DNA from: an uncultured Clostridia bacterium
Lineage (GTDB): Bacteria; Bacillota; Clostridia; Lachnospirales; Anaerotignaceae
Length of the DNA: 64,000 nucleotides
Assembly (NCBI GenBank): GCA_944384255.1
Contig: CALWSS010000012.1
Span: 3,398-67,397 of the forward strand
Reading direction: 5' to 3'
In this document: piece by piece, positions 29,403 through 38,796 of the stretch
How the letters are laid out: the number at the start of each line of letters is the position of its first letter
Position numbering within the stretch: position 1 is the stretch's first letter
Program-made: the position numbers and the translations under genes
The notes under the pieces: model-generated
Seen by the model: the letters and a program-made list of their open reading frames with translations, nothing else
Database searches by the model: none
What the model was told of the DNA's origin: nothing

Positions 29403-32400
29403 TTACTCAGTATCTTTAATTACTTCAGGAATATTTACTACATCATTTTGTGTCTTTTCAAGTACGTTTTCAATATAGTCTTTTGTATTCTCTTCATTTT
29501 CAAATACAGAGCTTGGATTATTTATAACATTCTCAGTATCATGTATAACTTTCAAACACTGTTCCGACTGCTGAGCTAAAAGCATAATTCTATCCAAAGT
29601 GTCTGTTTCAAGCTGTTTCCACTTCTTCTGCATATCTTCCTGATTTTCTTTTTCCTTTTTTTCATAAGAAGTAAGTTCTTCAGCCATTGACTTAGGATCG
29701 AATATAATTTTACTTTGAAGCTCATTATATATTCTTTCAACATCTTCTTTTTCCGGCTCAAAACGAGTACCGTCATAAGCCTGTATTTTGTCTTCATCAG
29801 TCAGATTTTCATCTGTTGATAAAAGTTCTTCAATACGTCTGTCATGAATTGACATTTTAACTGACTGACGCAATTCCTCAGCTGCTATAATGTCGTTAAG
29901 TGAAATTTGAAGAGCAATGTCGCCACCCACTTTATCAAATCTCTCTGCTGTTTCGGCATATTCTTTAGCAGCTTGAGCTTTTTCTTCCTCTGTTCCGTTT
30001 TCGGCAGCTTTAAGTGCTTCTATACGGTCGTAGTGTTTTTGATAAATACTCTTCATTCTGTTTCTTTCATAGCCCAAAATCATATCAGGTGTAACCCAGC
30101 TGCCGGCTTCCTTCTGCTCATGCTTCAAAAATGATTTACCTCTACCCATTTTTTTGTATGTTTCAAGCATCTCAGGGTAATCATTTATTTTCTCAATAGC
30201 CTCTAAAACCGTTATATGGTCAGCCTTATTTTTTGAATGGAAATCAGCTGCTGTTGCTCTGTGGATTTGGTATGTATAATACCTATCCAAGTCCTCGGAT
30301 GTATATTCTCTTTGGCCCTTTGATTTTAAATAAGCTTTTAAAATATTCCTGTTTTGATCGTGATCTATTTTAGTACCGCTTTTTATCCCATGAGCCCTTA
30401 TCTGTTCATATACACTTCCGCCTTCTTTACGTATGGCACTAATCTCTTTGCCTTCATCCGGTGTCCACTGCTCGCTTCTGAAAAGTCTTTGAACTGATGA
30501 ATCGCCTTTTTCAGCAAGCTCAATTACATTATCCAAAAAGCCTACAGAACCTAAAGATTTATTTTCAAAATTAAAATACTGCTGTATAGCATCATATAAT
30601 ATTTTTTCTGCCTGTTCAGAATTCTTTTGAGGATCTGCTGCTCGAATAGCTTCGGCTTCACTCTTTTTTCTTTCAAGAAATGCAAGCCTTGAAACATGTT
30701 TCTGTTTTTTATCAGCTAAAAGCTTTTTGCCTTCAGAATTTGCTATACGTTTTTTCTCATACTCAATAAGGTCATCAATGGTTAATTCGCTTTTAATGGC
30801 TTCATAAACCCATTTTTTATTCTTGCTCTTTTTATTTTCTTCTTTTTTTCTTTTAATTAATGATTTTAAAGCTTCTGCCTTTTCATTCTGTCTTAAAGCC
30901 TCTATTAAGTCATCAGTAGTTGCAGACATATAATATGCTTTTTTATCACCGGACATTTGTGTTAATCCGGAAGAAACAAGCTCTTCAAGTCTTGTCTGCT
31001 GGTTTTCATCTCTTACACCTAAAGTTTGAAGCTGTCTAATTTCATCACGTTTTTCAAAAGCACTTTTTCCCTCTGTATCTGAATTTAATTTTTGGCTTAA
31101 TGTACTGCGTTCGTAAGCCAAAAGCCTATCCCTATTGGAATATGCATCAAGAGTATTTTTAAAATGTCTTGCACCTAATACATCAACATAATATTTATAA
31201 AACTGTGCATTAGGCACATTTGAACCGTTTTTAACTATCTCAGGGAAATTAGCTGCCAATTCACTTATTCTGTCTAAGTGAGACCTATAGTTTTCAGCTC
31301 TATAGCTGTTTACATCTGAGTATTTTTCTCTTAGTCTTTCTTCTTCATACTGCCTTAATGCAGAAATATCAGTAAAAGCTGCTCTATTTACGGCTTTACC
31401 GCCAAGACTCTTATATTTATTTAAAAGCTGACTTCCTTGCGTTGTATCACTGTCCGAAACACCAAGGCTCTTAGCAAAAGCACGCATCTGCTCTATTCGC
31501 TCATTTGACTTTCTTGTAAGTTCTTTTCTTCGGCTTACTTCATAACTGATAAGTGAACCAACAGTTACTGCCTGACGTTTTGACTTTTCTCTTAAATATT
31601 TATCAAAACCTTTTCTGTTGCCGCCGCCTTGAACATAGGCATCCATTAAATTTGCACTTGGTGTACTTGTAGGTATACTTGATTTATTTGGGTCTTGTTC
31701 AATTTTTTCCAAAGATTGAGCAATTTTTGTAATATTGCCTGAATGTAAATTTATTTTGCTCTGTATTTGATCCCCAACTTTTTTGTAGTCCTTATCCTTT
31801 TTTAAGTCCTCTACTTCCTGCATTTGAACAGCTATGGCATCTTCATTAGTACGAAGCTGAACATAGAACCTGCGCTGAATATCCCTAATGGCATCATTCA
31901 TGCTTAAAAATCCCGAGCCGACATCTTTTAAATTTACAAACATAGGCTGGCTTTTATCATGGTATGCCATAAGTATATTTTTGGCATCCTCAAATGAGCT
32001 TTGGCTGGCATCAAAGGCCTTTTTACCATAAGATGCTTCCTTCTTTTCAAACATTTTTTCCAAGTCATCTCCGCTTTCAAGACCGCCTTTAACTTTTCCT
32101 GCAAGAGCTCTGTAAGACATGCTTCCTTCTGCTCTCCATTTTTGTCCGTTTTCCTTAGTAGCCTTAATTTCAGCCGCAATGGCAGCAAGTTCCCAGTCCT
32201 TGAAAGTATAGCTGTAAAGTGTTTTCTCCCAGCCTAAAATTTGGGCATCAATACTTCCTTCAACAATAGCTCTAAGACGAAGCTCTCCTGCAGCATCAAA
32301 TTCTACTTTTTCAAAATGCGGCATGCCTTTTCTGCCTTTTTTAAACTCAGTATGTACTCCGGCTGAAAGCACATTATTGCCATCTCCTCCGGTTAATGCT

Positions 32401-34061
32401 ATTTTTGCACCTATATTGGCACTTACATTCATTAAAAATGACGGACCAGCCGTAATACCGGCCTTAAGTCCTGCATAAGCACTGCCTGTAATTGCTGCAC
32501 CAAGGTCAAGGCCAAATGTTTCAGACTGCTGATTTTTTAAAGCACCAACAATATTGTTAACAGAACCTTTAACTTTATATCCTACACTTGCTCCGGCATT
32601 AAACTTTGCATCTACTGAAACTAAGCCTGGAATAACCGGGAAAGTTAAAAATGTAATACTGTAATTAAATTTGTTGTCGCCTTCTTCGGCCTCTTCTTCG
32701 CTTTCGCCTTCTTCGTCAGGGTCTTCTTTTATAATATTAAAGTATTTAAGCACTGTTGTAGCTAAATCAAAATAACTGCTTTCGTCATCGTCTTTGCCAA
32801 TTATACTGTCAGAAAATTCCAGCTCTGTTGTATTGCCGATTTTTAACTCCCAATCATCGTCTAAATTAAAATCAAGAGCAGAATCCCTAATTGAGCCAAA
32901 GAAAATACCGTCTTCCGTAAATTCCAAATTTCTATAACAAATCTCGTTTGTATCATTTTCAATTTTGTCCGTGGCAAATAAGCCTACAATACCGTTTATA
33001 ACGCCTACTTTATCTTCTAATTCAGCAGTTAAACTATCAGCAGTATATTTATGATGAACATCAGTTTTGTCCAGCTCAATTTCGTTTTCTTTTCCTTTGA
33101 TAACTACTACAGCCACAAGCCTGCCGTTTTTACGTTCTACTGAAAATCTGTCATACCGACCAAGCTTTATACCTCTTAATCTTGAGCGGAACCTTCCGCC
33201 AGGAGCCATAAATATTATACGGTCAGGCTCTTGATATTCCAGCTCTTTTTCCAGCATTTCTTCAGATGTTTTCGGCATGCTTTCAGATGTTTCTGATGTA
33301 TTTTCATTTTCTTCAGTTGTATTTACAGGTGTTTCTTCATTATTTTCATTTACTTCTGTATTGGCATCATTTAAGCCTGCTTCCGGTGCCTTAAGGCGTA
33401 AATAATTTGTAAGCAGCTTAGGCGTTATTCCGCTTTCATCTACATATACATTTTCCGGAACGGGAACAGAGCTTTCTTCTTCTTTTGTTGTGTAAAACAA
33501 TCTCGGATTTATAAATTCTGCCTTATCCATTGTAACATGAATTTTTTCGGCTGTTAAACGTATGTGGCTCCCGTGAAATCCGCTTCTGTTATTAAGCAAA
33601 ATATCACCGTCAATATAGTTTTCTTTAAGCTTAATATTATTAAAAGGCAGTGTAAGGCCTTGATTAAATTTCTGCGGCATTATAGCCAATACACCGCCTT
33701 TACCGCTTGCTTCCGGCGGTTTAAGAAACTTTTTTTCACCTGTAGCATTTAAACTTGATAAGTCAATAGCTGCACCGGCAAAAAGCGGTATAGCTCCGCC
33801 TGTAATCTTTTGGCCTTTAGAACCCAATATCGGTCTGTTATTTATTTTGAAAAAAACTTTATTTGAGCCTTTAGTTAAATTTCTGTTTCTTATAAACTGG
33901 TAGAGCATTTCATTTTCCTGATCCATAAGCTCAGAATCAGTTTCAAACTCCAAAGACTCCTCTCCGTCTTCAGCCTCATGCCGGGCTAAGACCAAATCTA
34001 TTGCCGATACAGTCGGCTTGTTTTTTTCTGTTCCATTAATTAAAGTTTTTGCCATTTTCAA
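29403..34061 (-). CDS. 1552-aa protein of unknown function (candidate CIS cargo/effector)
   Basis: Long uninterrupted ORF, 12 nt after the ATPase gene. Acidic N-terminus, central Gly/Ala/Ser-rich beta-type segment, C-terminal ~900 aa charged helical region with a recurring YE[KR]xR module. No enzymatic toxin motif recognised. Confidence 0.6.
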   Translation of the reverse strand: MKMAKTLINGTEKNKPTVSAIDLVLARHEAEDGEESLEFETDSELMDQENEMLYQFIRNRNLTKGSNKVFFKINNRPILGSKGQKITGGAIPLFAGAAIDLSSLNATGEKKFLKPPEASGKGGVLAIMPQKFNQGLTLPFNNIKLKENYIDGDILLNNRSGFHGSHIRLTAEKIHVTMDKAEFINPRLFYTTKEEESSVPVPENVYVDESGITPKLLTNYLRLKAPEAGLNDANTEVNENNEETPVNTTEENENTSETSESMPKTSEEMLEKELEYQEPDRIIFMAPGGRFRSRLRGIKLGRYDRFSVERKNGRLVAVVVIKGKENEIELDKTDVHHKYTADSLTAELEDKVGVINGIVGLFATDKIENDTNEICYRNLEFTEDGIFFGSIRDSALDFNLDDDWELKIGNTTELEFSDSIIGKDDDESSYFDLATTVLKYFNIIKEDPDEEGESEEEAEEGDNKFNYSITFLTFPVIPGLVSVDAKFNAGASVGYKVKGSVNNIVGALKNQQSETFGLDLGAAITGSAYAGLKAGITAGPSFLMNVSANIGAKIALTGGDGNNVLSAGVHTEFKKGRKGMPHFEKVEFDAAGELRLRAIVEGSIDAQILGWEKTLYSYTFKDWELAAIAAEIKATKENGQKWRAEGSMSYRALAGKVKGGLESGDDLEKMFEKKEASYGKKAFDASQSSFEDAKNILMAYHDKSQPMFVNLKDVGSGFLSMNDAIRDIQRRFYVQLRTNEDAIAVQMQEVEDLKKDKDYKKVGDQIQSKINLHSGNITKIAQSLEKIEQDPNKSSIPTSTPSANLMDAYVQGGGNRKGFDKYLREKSKRQAVTVGSLISYEVSRRKELTRKSNERIEQMRAFAKSLGVSDSDTTQGSQLLNKYKSLGGKAVNRAAFTDISALRQYEEERLREKYSDVNSYRAENYRSHLDRISELAANFPEIVKNGSNVPNAQFYKYYVDVLGARHFKNTLDAYSNRDRLLAYERSTLSQKLNSDTEGKSAFEKRDEIRQLQTLGVRDENQQTRLEELVSSGLTQMSGDKKAYYMSATTDDLIEALRQNEKAEALKSLIKRKKEENKKSKNKKWVYEAIKSELTIDDLIEYEKKRIANSEGKKLLADKKQKHVSRLAFLERKKSEAEAIRAADPQKNSEQAEKILYDAIQQYFNFENKSLGSVGFLDNVIELAEKGDSSVQRLFRSEQWTPDEGKEISAIRKEGGSVYEQIRAHGIKSGTKIDHDQNRNILKAYLKSKGQREYTSEDLDRYYTYQIHRATAADFHSKNKADHITVLEAIEKINDYPEMLETYKKMGRGKSFLKHEQKEAGSWVTPDMILGYERNRMKSIYQKHYDRIEALKAAENGTEEEKAQAAKEYAETAERFDKVGGDIALQISLNDIIAAEELRQSVKMSIHDRRIEELLSTDENLTDEDKIQAYDGTRFEPEKEDVERIYNELQSKIIFDPKSMAEELTSYEKKEKENQEDMQKKWKQLETDTLDRIMLLAQQSEQCLKVIHDTENVINNPSSVFENEENTKDYIENVLEKTQNDVVNIPEVIKDTE

Positions 34062-34073
34062 ACCCTCCTGTAT

Positions 34074-36161
34074 TTAGGCAAGGTAGCCAAAATCATCTTT
34101 AGTCAGCTGTTTTCCGTATTTTATATAGTTCCATGTAATGGCCTCTTTAATTTGTTCGTTGCCAAGTGGCTTGTTATCTGAAACGGCTATATATGCTGCA
34201 TTAAGCAGAATTTCCTTAATCTGGCTGCCTGAAAGCTCAAATTCTTTAGCAAAAAAGTCCAAATCTATGCCGTCATCCAATGGAGTTTTATCAGGAATTA
34301 AAGAATGCCAAAGCTCTTTTCTTGTACTCTCATCAGGGAATCTGAATGGAATCATAAACTTAATTCTCCGGCGGAATGCATCATCTATCTGCTCTACAAG
34401 GTTTGTTGCAAGAATTACCATTCCGTCATACTCTTCCATTTTTTGCAGTAAATGTGCCGTTTCGGCATTGGCATTTCTGTCATTTGAGTCCTTTACTTCA
34501 CTTCTTTTGGCAAAAAGTGAGTCTGCCTCATCAAAAAACAGTATAACATTCATGTGTTTTGCTTTATCAAACAATGCAGATATGTTTTTTTCCGTTTCAC
34601 CAATATATTTGCTTACCATTTTAGATAAATCTATACGATACAGCTCAAGTCCCAGCTCATAAGCCATTATCTGCACAGCCATAGTTTTGCCTGTTCCCGG
34701 TGGACCATAAAAAAGAACGCTTACACCTCTGCCATAAGGTGTCTTTTCAAAAAAGCCCCACTCTTCACCAACCACATTTCTGTATTTAATCTGATTGCAT
34801 ATATACTTCATCTGACGTTTAACGGATTCATCCACAATAAGGTCGTCCCATACAAAAGAGCCGTTAATAAGTGAAGCATAAGCACCTAACTTTCCTGCAT
34901 CCCTTTGCTTTACTGCATCTGTTATATATTCGGCTTTAACACATATATCGTTTTTTGATACGGATGTAAGGTATGCTGTGGCAAATGTGTTTTCTATTTC
35001 ACCAACACTCATAACATATTTATTTCCGTTTAAGTTTGAATCAACATCACTGTCGGCATTATATATACTGCTGTAATAGGACCATACGGATATTTTTTCC
35101 GTTGCCGAAAGGTCCCATAATTCAAGGGACATAAAGTTTTGACTAAGCCATACCGGAAAATAATACCTTCCTTCGCCTAAAACAACAGTAAAACTGCTTA
35201 TATCAAGTAATTTAGAAAAAACAGTGCTGTAAGAGGTTTCTTTTTCTTCTGAAAAGTCAGGTATGCCGTAAAGGCACATAAAACCTTTTTCAAGGCGTAA
35301 TTTAATACTTATAGTATCAAAAAACTTTTCTTTTTTATCCTCCGGCATATTTATAACATCGTCCCAATTTATAAAAAGCACAGGAATGCCAGTAATTTCA
35401 GATAAATGAGAAACCAAAAGCTTTTTACCGGATTTTCTTATTCCATAAATATAAAGAGCAATAGCTTTATGTTCAGTATTCCAATTATTGGCAACATTAA
35501 CTGCCTTTTCAAGAACGTCGTTATATATTAAAAGTTCCGGCAAAGGCTCTTTAAAATACGGCTGTTTGTATGAAAAATTAAAGCTTTCTCCCAGAAGATA
35601 TGATAAAAGAGCACTTTTAATCTGAAAACTTTCATTATTTAAAGCCCGGTTTTTATTTAAAGCATTATGTTCAATACAAAGTTTAAAATCGCCTTTAACA
35701 TCAATTAAAAGTGCAGTTTCTTTTAAATCAGGTGTTTGAATCATACTGTAAAGCCTTAAAATCATTTCAACTGTAGGTGAGTGAACATTTTTGCTCTTTT
35801 CTTCTGAAGACAGAACAAAATTAAACTCATAATCTGCTCCGGCACAGCCTAAAAGCACAACAGCAAACTTCTCTATAGGCTCAAGCTTAAATTCTTTAAA
35901 AAACTCAGTTGTATGCAGTTTTATACCGCTTATGTCAGAAAGTTTCATACGGCGTTTAATGACTTCTTCGGCTTCTTGAATTTCGTCTTCTACAGCAAGG
36001 CAGAAATCATCGGCAAATTCACCTTGGTTTATAATTTTTTCTTTTTCAACAGCAGCCCAAAGGAGATACTCCATTACAGCAGTAAAATCAGACCATAGCT
36101 CGCTGTCCCATAGATACGGCATATTATTATCTTTATTTATCCTACAGTTAATATTGTTCAA
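34074..36161 (-). CDS. CIS-associated AAA+ ATPase (Afp15/Pvc15-like)
   Basis: C-terminal canonical AAA+ module (Walker A GPPGTGKTM, Walker B ILFFDEADS, VILATN). The N-terminal half has a degenerate P-loop (YGIRKSGKK). Start uncertain (TTG 36161 overlapping the upstream stop, or ATG 36122). Confidence 0.85.
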   Translation of the reverse strand: MNNINCRINKDNNMPYLWDSELWSDFTAVMEYLLWAAVEKEKIINQGEFADDFCLAVEDEIQEAEEVIKRRMKLSDISGIKLHTTEFFKEFKLEPIEKFAVVLLGCAGADYEFNFVLSSEEKSKNVHSPTVEMILRLYSMIQTPDLKETALLIDVKGDFKLCIEHNALNKNRALNNESFQIKSALLSYLLGESFNFSYKQPYFKEPLPELLIYNDVLEKAVNVANNWNTEHKAIALYIYGIRKSGKKLLVSHLSEITGIPVLFINWDDVINMPEDKKEKFFDTISIKLRLEKGFMCLYGIPDFSEEKETSYSTVFSKLLDISSFTVVLGEGRYYFPVWLSQNFMSLELWDLSATEKISVWSYYSSIYNADSDVDSNLNGNKYVMSVGEIENTFATAYLTSVSKNDICVKAEYITDAVKQRDAGKLGAYASLINGSFVWDDLIVDESVKRQMKYICNQIKYRNVVGEEWGFFEKTPYGRGVSVLFYGPPGTGKTMAVQIMAYELGLELYRIDLSKMVSKYIGETEKNISALFDKAKHMNVILFFDEADSLFAKRSEVKDSNDRNANAETAHLLQKMEEYDGMVILATNLVEQIDDAFRRRIKFMIPFRFPDESTRKELWHSLIPDKTPLDDGIDLDFFAKEFELSGSQIKEILLNAAYIAVSDNKPLGNEQIKEAITWNYIKYGKQLTKDDFGYLA

Positions 36162-38781
36162 AAGCGTTCATTCCTTTTTCTTTACCCAATATTTTGTCAC
36201 TGCATAGTTTTAAATAACGTCCTGCAGCCATATCATCTTTGTTCTTTCGTAATACATGAATAAAACATTTTTTTGCCTCGGCATAATTTCCCGACTGATA
36301 ATAATCAACTCCGGACTCAAAATCCTGTTTAGTCAGCTCTTTAAGTTTAACTAATTCAGGTTTCTGTCCACCAAAATCCTCATATACTGTTCTGTATGAA
36401 TTTATGCTGCCGGAAAAACTTATTCTGCCTATACATCTTATGTTCTCTTTTTCGACAGATCGCTCTATGCTTTCTTTAAATGTCTCATCAATAAGTATAC
36501 CAAGACCATAAGAAGCGCTTAGTTTTTGCAAATACCTTGCAAATGACATTTCAGGCGATACAGCACGAATTTCCATTCGTTCTTCATCACCTATTACACC
36601 TACGTTTATATCACCTATAATCAAGCCTGAACCGAATACAATTTTTTCGCCTTTTTTCTCACATTTTTTCTCACATTTTTCCTCACATTTTTTCTCATTT
36701 TTTTCTTTAAATCTTTCTCCGCCTATTTCTTTTGGAATACTTTGAAGGCTTTTTTGTATATTTACGGCAGCATTTAAAGCGTTATCCGGCATATTTTGGA
36801 AAAAGGCAAACAGTCCAGTATCAGTAAACTGCAGTACAACACCGCCTTCGTTTTCAACACCTGATACAATTTTTTCCAAGGCGCTGTTAACAAATGAAAA
36901 CATTTCCTGCACACCAACTTTTGAAACAGCTTTTGAAAAACCTATGGCGTCAATAACCAGTATAGCTGCATCCCTAATTGTCGTTTCATCTTCCGGTGAT
37001 ATCTGACGTATGTCAGACTTGCCAAAAAGACTTATAAGCTTTTGAGGAATATACGGCTCATAGGCTTTTTTTAGCTGGTCTACATTATACAGATGTTCTT
37101 TTACATTAACCGTAAGGTTATAAAATAAATTCATCATCTCGCTTATTTCGCTGCCAGTGCCGCTTTCAGGCTCTTCCATATCAATACCCACAGAAAAATC
37201 AGCCAAAGCATTTTTAATTTTATTTAAAGGCCTAAGAAGCAAAAAACTGATAACAGATAAAAACAGCACTATGCCAAAAAGAAAAATAAATATATTATTA
37301 AGAAGCTGAGGTTTTTGTTCTCTTATATCTTCCGTTATGGCTTTTTCAGTGTAAAGCATTCTTATAACACCTGTTACTTCATTATCCTGAATTACAGGAT
37401 AATACAAAGCCAAACATTTACCCATACTGTATGTATCTATAACACTTTTTACAGGAATTTTAATTTCGCAGGCTTTATTAATAGAATTATTCTCGTTTTC
37501 CATGTCAAGCAAAACAAGAGGCTCACAAAAAAGACTTCCAGAATCCATACTGAAAAAAGTACCGTCTTTATAGCCGAAAACAGAAACTGAACCAAGTATT
37601 CCCTTAAAATCACCTACCGGCTCTCCTTTATAGTCGTATATAACATCATATACAGTGCTGTCGGCTATGTTTTCGTATGAATCAACAGTTTGTCCATTTA
37701 AATACAACTCTTTTAAATCAGTATTATTATTAACTGTTCCGGCTGTATAACGCATCTGTGAGAAAATACGGTTTTCAACATCATCCTTTAAAAGACCCTC
37801 AACAGCTATCTTAAGTACAAGAGAACTTAAAATAAGCAAAGGTATTGAAATTGTGATTATTTTCAGCTCTGTAGGAAATGTTTTTCGTATTTTTCTAATT
37901 AAAACTAAAACAGATAATACAACAGCTATTAAAACACAAGCTAATGCAATTACAATAAAAAATGCCTGCTGTGTCGGAATATTCAGTCTTTCAATAGGTT
38001 CAGAGCTTTTGCCTGCAACCATAGGCAAAAGCTTTGAGTCAGCATTATAAAAACTTGCTGTCCAAGTTCCGTCTTTTGACTCACTTAATGAATAAAGTGT
38101 GCCAAAGGAGCTTATATCAGCACTAAATGGTATATTATCTGTCTTTTTCATAACTTCGCTGCTGTATGAAATTTCATAGCATGCATTATTTGCTGAGTTA
38201 TAAAAATACAAACCGTCATTTCCAAATGTATAAGCACTGTTTTGCTGTGGTATTATGCTTCCGTCATTTGAAAACAACTCTGTATTGCTTTCCATGTCGT
38301 TTTTCCAAACAGAGCCGTTATTTGAAACATACCATGTGTCACTGCCTATTTCTTTTTTTATGTATACATTATTGTCCTGAGAAATATCGGTATATTCTTT
38401 TTCAATAATCTGCCTTTCTTTTACGTCATAGCTAATCAAAATATACCTGTTTTTTTCTGTTACTTCTTTAGCTTTTAAAAGCAAGCTGCAAATACCGTCT
38501 TCAGTAATGCTTAAATTTTCAACACCGTATAACGTTTCATTTTTGCCATCTGATTTATATACAGTATCTATCCATGCATTATTGCCATACTCATCACAGC
38601 CAAAAATACGAATTTTGCCGTTTTTCTCATCAGTGCCGTATAAAACACCGTTTTCCCAAACGGTATGTTTAACGTATCCTATATCCCAAACAGGCAGTTC
38701 GTGAATAAATATCGCGGACAGCACTATAGCAGGCAGTATCAAAACCAATATTAATTTTTTAAATAACCGTCCGCTTATCAC
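36148..38781 (-). CDS. 2-TM membrane protein: extracytoplasmic domain + HAMP-like linker + degenerate class-III cyclase-homology domain + TPR tail (paralogue A)
   Basis: TM1 LILVLILPAIVLSAIFI, TM2 about residue 270, another hydrophobic segment NIFIFLFGIVLFLSVISFLLL. Cyclase-like blocks YIPQKL.., AAILVIDAIGFSKAV, GGVVLQFTDTGLFAFF, GLIIGDINVGVIGDE, FARYLQKL. C-terminal YYQSGNYAEAKKCF is TPR-like. GTG start with a GGGGGA RBS. Confidence 0.6.
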   Translation of the reverse strand: MISGRLFKKLILVLILPAIVLSAIFIHELPVWDIGYVKHTVWENGVLYGTDEKNGKIRIFGCDEYGNNAWIDTVYKSDGKNETLYGVENLSITEDGICSLLLKAKEVTEKNRYILISYDVKERQIIEKEYTDISQDNNVYIKKEIGSDTWYVSNNGSVWKNDMESNTELFSNDGSIIPQQNSAYTFGNDGLYFYNSANNACYEISYSSEVMKKTDNIPFSADISSFGTLYSLSESKDGTWTASFYNADSKLLPMVAGKSSEPIERLNIPTQQAFFIVIALACVLIAVVLSVLVLIRKIRKTFPTELKIITISIPLLILSSLVLKIAVEGLLKDDVENRIFSQMRYTAGTVNNNTDLKELYLNGQTVDSYENIADSTVYDVIYDYKGEPVGDFKGILGSVSVFGYKDGTFFSMDSGSLFCEPLVLLDMENENNSINKACEIKIPVKSVIDTYSMGKCLALYYPVIQDNEVTGVIRMLYTEKAITEDIREQKPQLLNNIFIFLFGIVLFLSVISFLLLRPLNKIKNALADFSVGIDMEEPESGTGSEISEMMNLFYNLTVNVKEHLYNVDQLKKAYEPYIPQKLISLFGKSDIRQISPEDETTIRDAAILVIDAIGFSKAVSKVGVQEMFSFVNSALEKIVSGVENEGGVVLQFTDTGLFAFFQNMPDNALNAAVNIQKSLQSIPKEIGGERFKEKNEKKCEEKCEKKCEKKGEKIVFGSGLIIGDINVGVIGDEERMEIRAVSPEMSFARYLQKLSASYGLGILIDETFKESIERSVEKENIRCIGRISFSGSINSYRTVYEDFGGQKPELVKLKELTKQDFESGVDYYQSGNYAEAKKCFIHVLRKNKDDMAAGRYLKLCSDKILGKEKGMNAFEQY
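36652..36700. repeat. 12-nt tandem repeat (about 4 units) inside paralogue A
   Basis: TTTTTTCTCACA x2, TTTTTCCTCACA, TTTTTTCTCA.. on the + strand. Encodes EKKCEEKCEKKCEKKGEK within the cyclase-like domain. Confidence 0.8.
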
Positions 38782-38796
38782 AGTTTTTCCCCCGTT

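Noticed and set aside
34138-34662. 174-aa + strand ORF antisense to the AAA+ ATPase gene
   Set aside because: The minus-strand frame carries canonical Walker A and Walker B motifs, while the antisense product is Ser-rich low complexity.
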